A stretch of DNA of 64,000 nucleotides from Cetorhinus maximus (Eukaryota), in NCBI RefSeq assembly GCF_964194155.1, contig NC_135917.1, positions 1,116,001 through 1,180,000 on the forward strand, in the 5' to 3' direction. The position numbers and the translations under genes were made by a program. Position 1 is the stretch's first letter. Every line of letters starts with the position of its first letter. Shown one piece after another: positions 61,649 through 64,000 of the stretch. A model generated the notes under the pieces. It searched no databases. It had not been told where the DNA came from and saw only the letters and a program-made list of their open reading frames with translations.

Positions 61649-64000
61649 CTGTAGGAGAGGGGGTAAAGAGAAGGGGTTACTCAGCCCCCTGACAACTCCA
61701 TTAGCTCATTCCACACACACACACCCCCCCCCCCCCCCCCACCCCCGCCAACCACGACTGAGATGGTTAATGTGACAGTTCTTCTAACAAAAGACATTTG
61801 AAGTGACTTCTCTCTCCTCCTTTAAGACCTATCTCTGAACAAGCTTTTGGTCCCTGCGCTATACCTGTTTGTTTGGTTTGGTGTCAAATTTGCCTTGAGA
61901 TGTTTCCCTACATTAAAGGCACTATATAAGTGCATGTGTTAATGAACATGGATTAATTTCCAAGGTCTGCTACTCTGTCAAAGGCTTTAACCCATTTATT
62001 TGGAAACGTGCTCAGGTGCCAATATTGTACAAGACGATTTGAATCCCAAAGAGATTTAGTTCTGTGAAAGGTGCTTCCAAACATTATTCTGATGAAATCT
62101 CACAGTTGGATAGTTCCCAAGAAATTTCAGGGCTTGGCAACAGCGAAGTTCAGATCAGTTCAGGTTTTGTAGCCAAAAACACAAAGTACAGTGTGCAAGG
62201 ACATGGAATGCAAGTCAGTGACCTGTTTAATTCAAAAACTTGGTTTTATTAGTAAATCTAATCATAGCGCTTTCAAGCAGGTTGTGATGTCCATATTTTG
62301 TATAAGGACATAATTATTAAAAAAACCCATGAAATTGCTGGATTGTATTAGACATATTTAAATGAACTCGATGTGCTTTCCTCCAATGCAGATTCTTTGA
62401 GAAAAAGAAAGGCTTTCTTTTATACAGTGCTCTTCATGACCACCAGACGTCCCAAAGTGCATTACAGCCAATGAAGTACTTGAAGTGTAGTCACTGTTGT
62501 AATTTAGGAAACGTGGCAGCCTATTTGTGAACAACCAGCTCCCACAAACAGCAACGTAACATTGACCGTATAATCTGGTTTTGTGTGATGTTGATTGAGG
62601 AATAAATATTGGCGAGGACATCAGGGAGAGCTGCCCTGCTCCTACATACGTCACAGTCCATGCTGGTGTTTATGCTCCACTTGAGCCTCCTCCCAACTTT
62701 CCCCATCTAACTCTATAAACGTAACCCTCAATTCCTATCTCCCTCAAATGCTTGTCTGGCCTCCCCTTATATGCAACTATATATTCACTTCTGAAATAGT
62801 GCCATGGGATCATTTACATCCACCTGAGAGAGCAAAGTGGACCTCGGTTTAACGTCTCACCTGGAAAACAGCACCTTCAACAGTACAGCACCCCTCTGTA
62901 CAGCATGAGGAGTGTCAGCCTTGATTTTTGTTCTCAAGACTCTGGAGTGGGACTTGAACCCACAACTTTCTGATTCAGAGGTGAGTGTGCTGCCCACTGA
63001 GCCACTACTGATATTTGATGCAAACTCCTCTTTGTATGTTTTTGGGACCTTTACTGCCCTTTTTCTTTTAGGCGGCTTTGCTTCCATGTTTGAGAGTAGT
63101 GTAGGTGAGTTTTAGCTCCTTGTAGCTCTGTGAGTGCCAGTGATCGGCAGTGGTGGGGTGATGGGGAGGAGGTGGTTTTCCTAAGTGCTCCCTCAGACCA
63201 AATCAATCTTGCAGTGTGCAGTGGTGCAGTTGTTTGTTTGGGGGGTGGAGAAAGGGGTGGTGGAACTCAAACAGACTTTAGGATTCTTAGTAGCCTACGT
63301 AAAGAGCCTAACCTGTTTTGGACATGGGCATTGCATGACAGTTTTTTAAAAATCAATACGGCGGACAACGTATTTCCATCTCATTGTTTATGTGTGTCAA
63401 AAACATTAAATGATAAACACAGGAGGTTTCAACAACACCCTGCCCCTCATGAACCAGTAAGAAGTTCTGGCCACCTGGTTTATCCTTCCACCAACACCAG
63501 AAAAACATCTCATTCACAATACTACAAATGCATTTGACGCAAGACACCCATTGATTTAGCAGAAAGTGATATTCAAGAGGCCAGGAGGAAGATCTTAGTG
63601 GAGTGTGATTGCCCACAAGCCAATCAGAGCACAGTATTTACCAATATGGTGAATGCCTGCTATTTAAAGGGGCAGGCGTTGTTTATGAAGTGGTGTTTAG
63701 CAAAGCATCTTCTGTTTGTCTGCACAATGTAGTTGTGCAATTCGTGTTGCAACTTGTGCCATACATCATTGAGCCAAAATTGATGCCTGGCTGTCCTTTC
63801 TCAAACAAACAAAAGAGGTTTGGCAAACATGTTTTTGGGCCAATTGTCAAGAAGTCTCTCCAGAGATGCCTGAGTGTAAGAAGGAGATGCCGTTGTGTTC
63901 AAGAAAATCCAGGGAACTCCGAGGCACTTGGCAGCATATTATAGACAGGGCCTTGGGGTCTGATCATTTATTAATGTATCATTCTCTGGGAGTATAAGGG

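Overview
Eukaryotic vertebrate DNA, most likely a cartilaginous fish (shark or ray). This is inferred from the repeat content: V-SINE/HE1-like and Deu-SINE-like SINEs, CR1, L2 and Penelope-like relics. Three spliced genes can be reconstructed exon by exon with GT-AG junctions, all on the minus strand. EEF1AKMT3/METTL21B has its first three coding exons here and runs off the left edge. CYP27B1 (vitamin D 1-alpha-hydroxylase) is complete, with 9 exons, a 1521-nt CDS and 506 aa. METTL1 is complete, with 6 exons, a 792-nt CDS and 263 aa. Most long ORFs in the supplied track are artefacts of tandem repeats or decayed retroelements. Non-genic features of note: a triplicated unit of 31-bp minisatellite plus 562-bp spacer downstream of CYP27B1; three minisatellites seeded inside different retroposons; two inverted Myb/SANT-only Harbinger elements with TIRs and 3-bp TSDs; minimal hammerhead-ribozyme relics in Penelope-like repeats; an internally inverted SINE-headed CR1 element; and two unidentified exon-like or pseudogene-like regions (5.6-11 kb on +, 61.4-64 kb on -). 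There is no CRISPR array or prokaryotic system. I cannot demonstrate a new biological system from sequence alone; the findings are ranked candidates.
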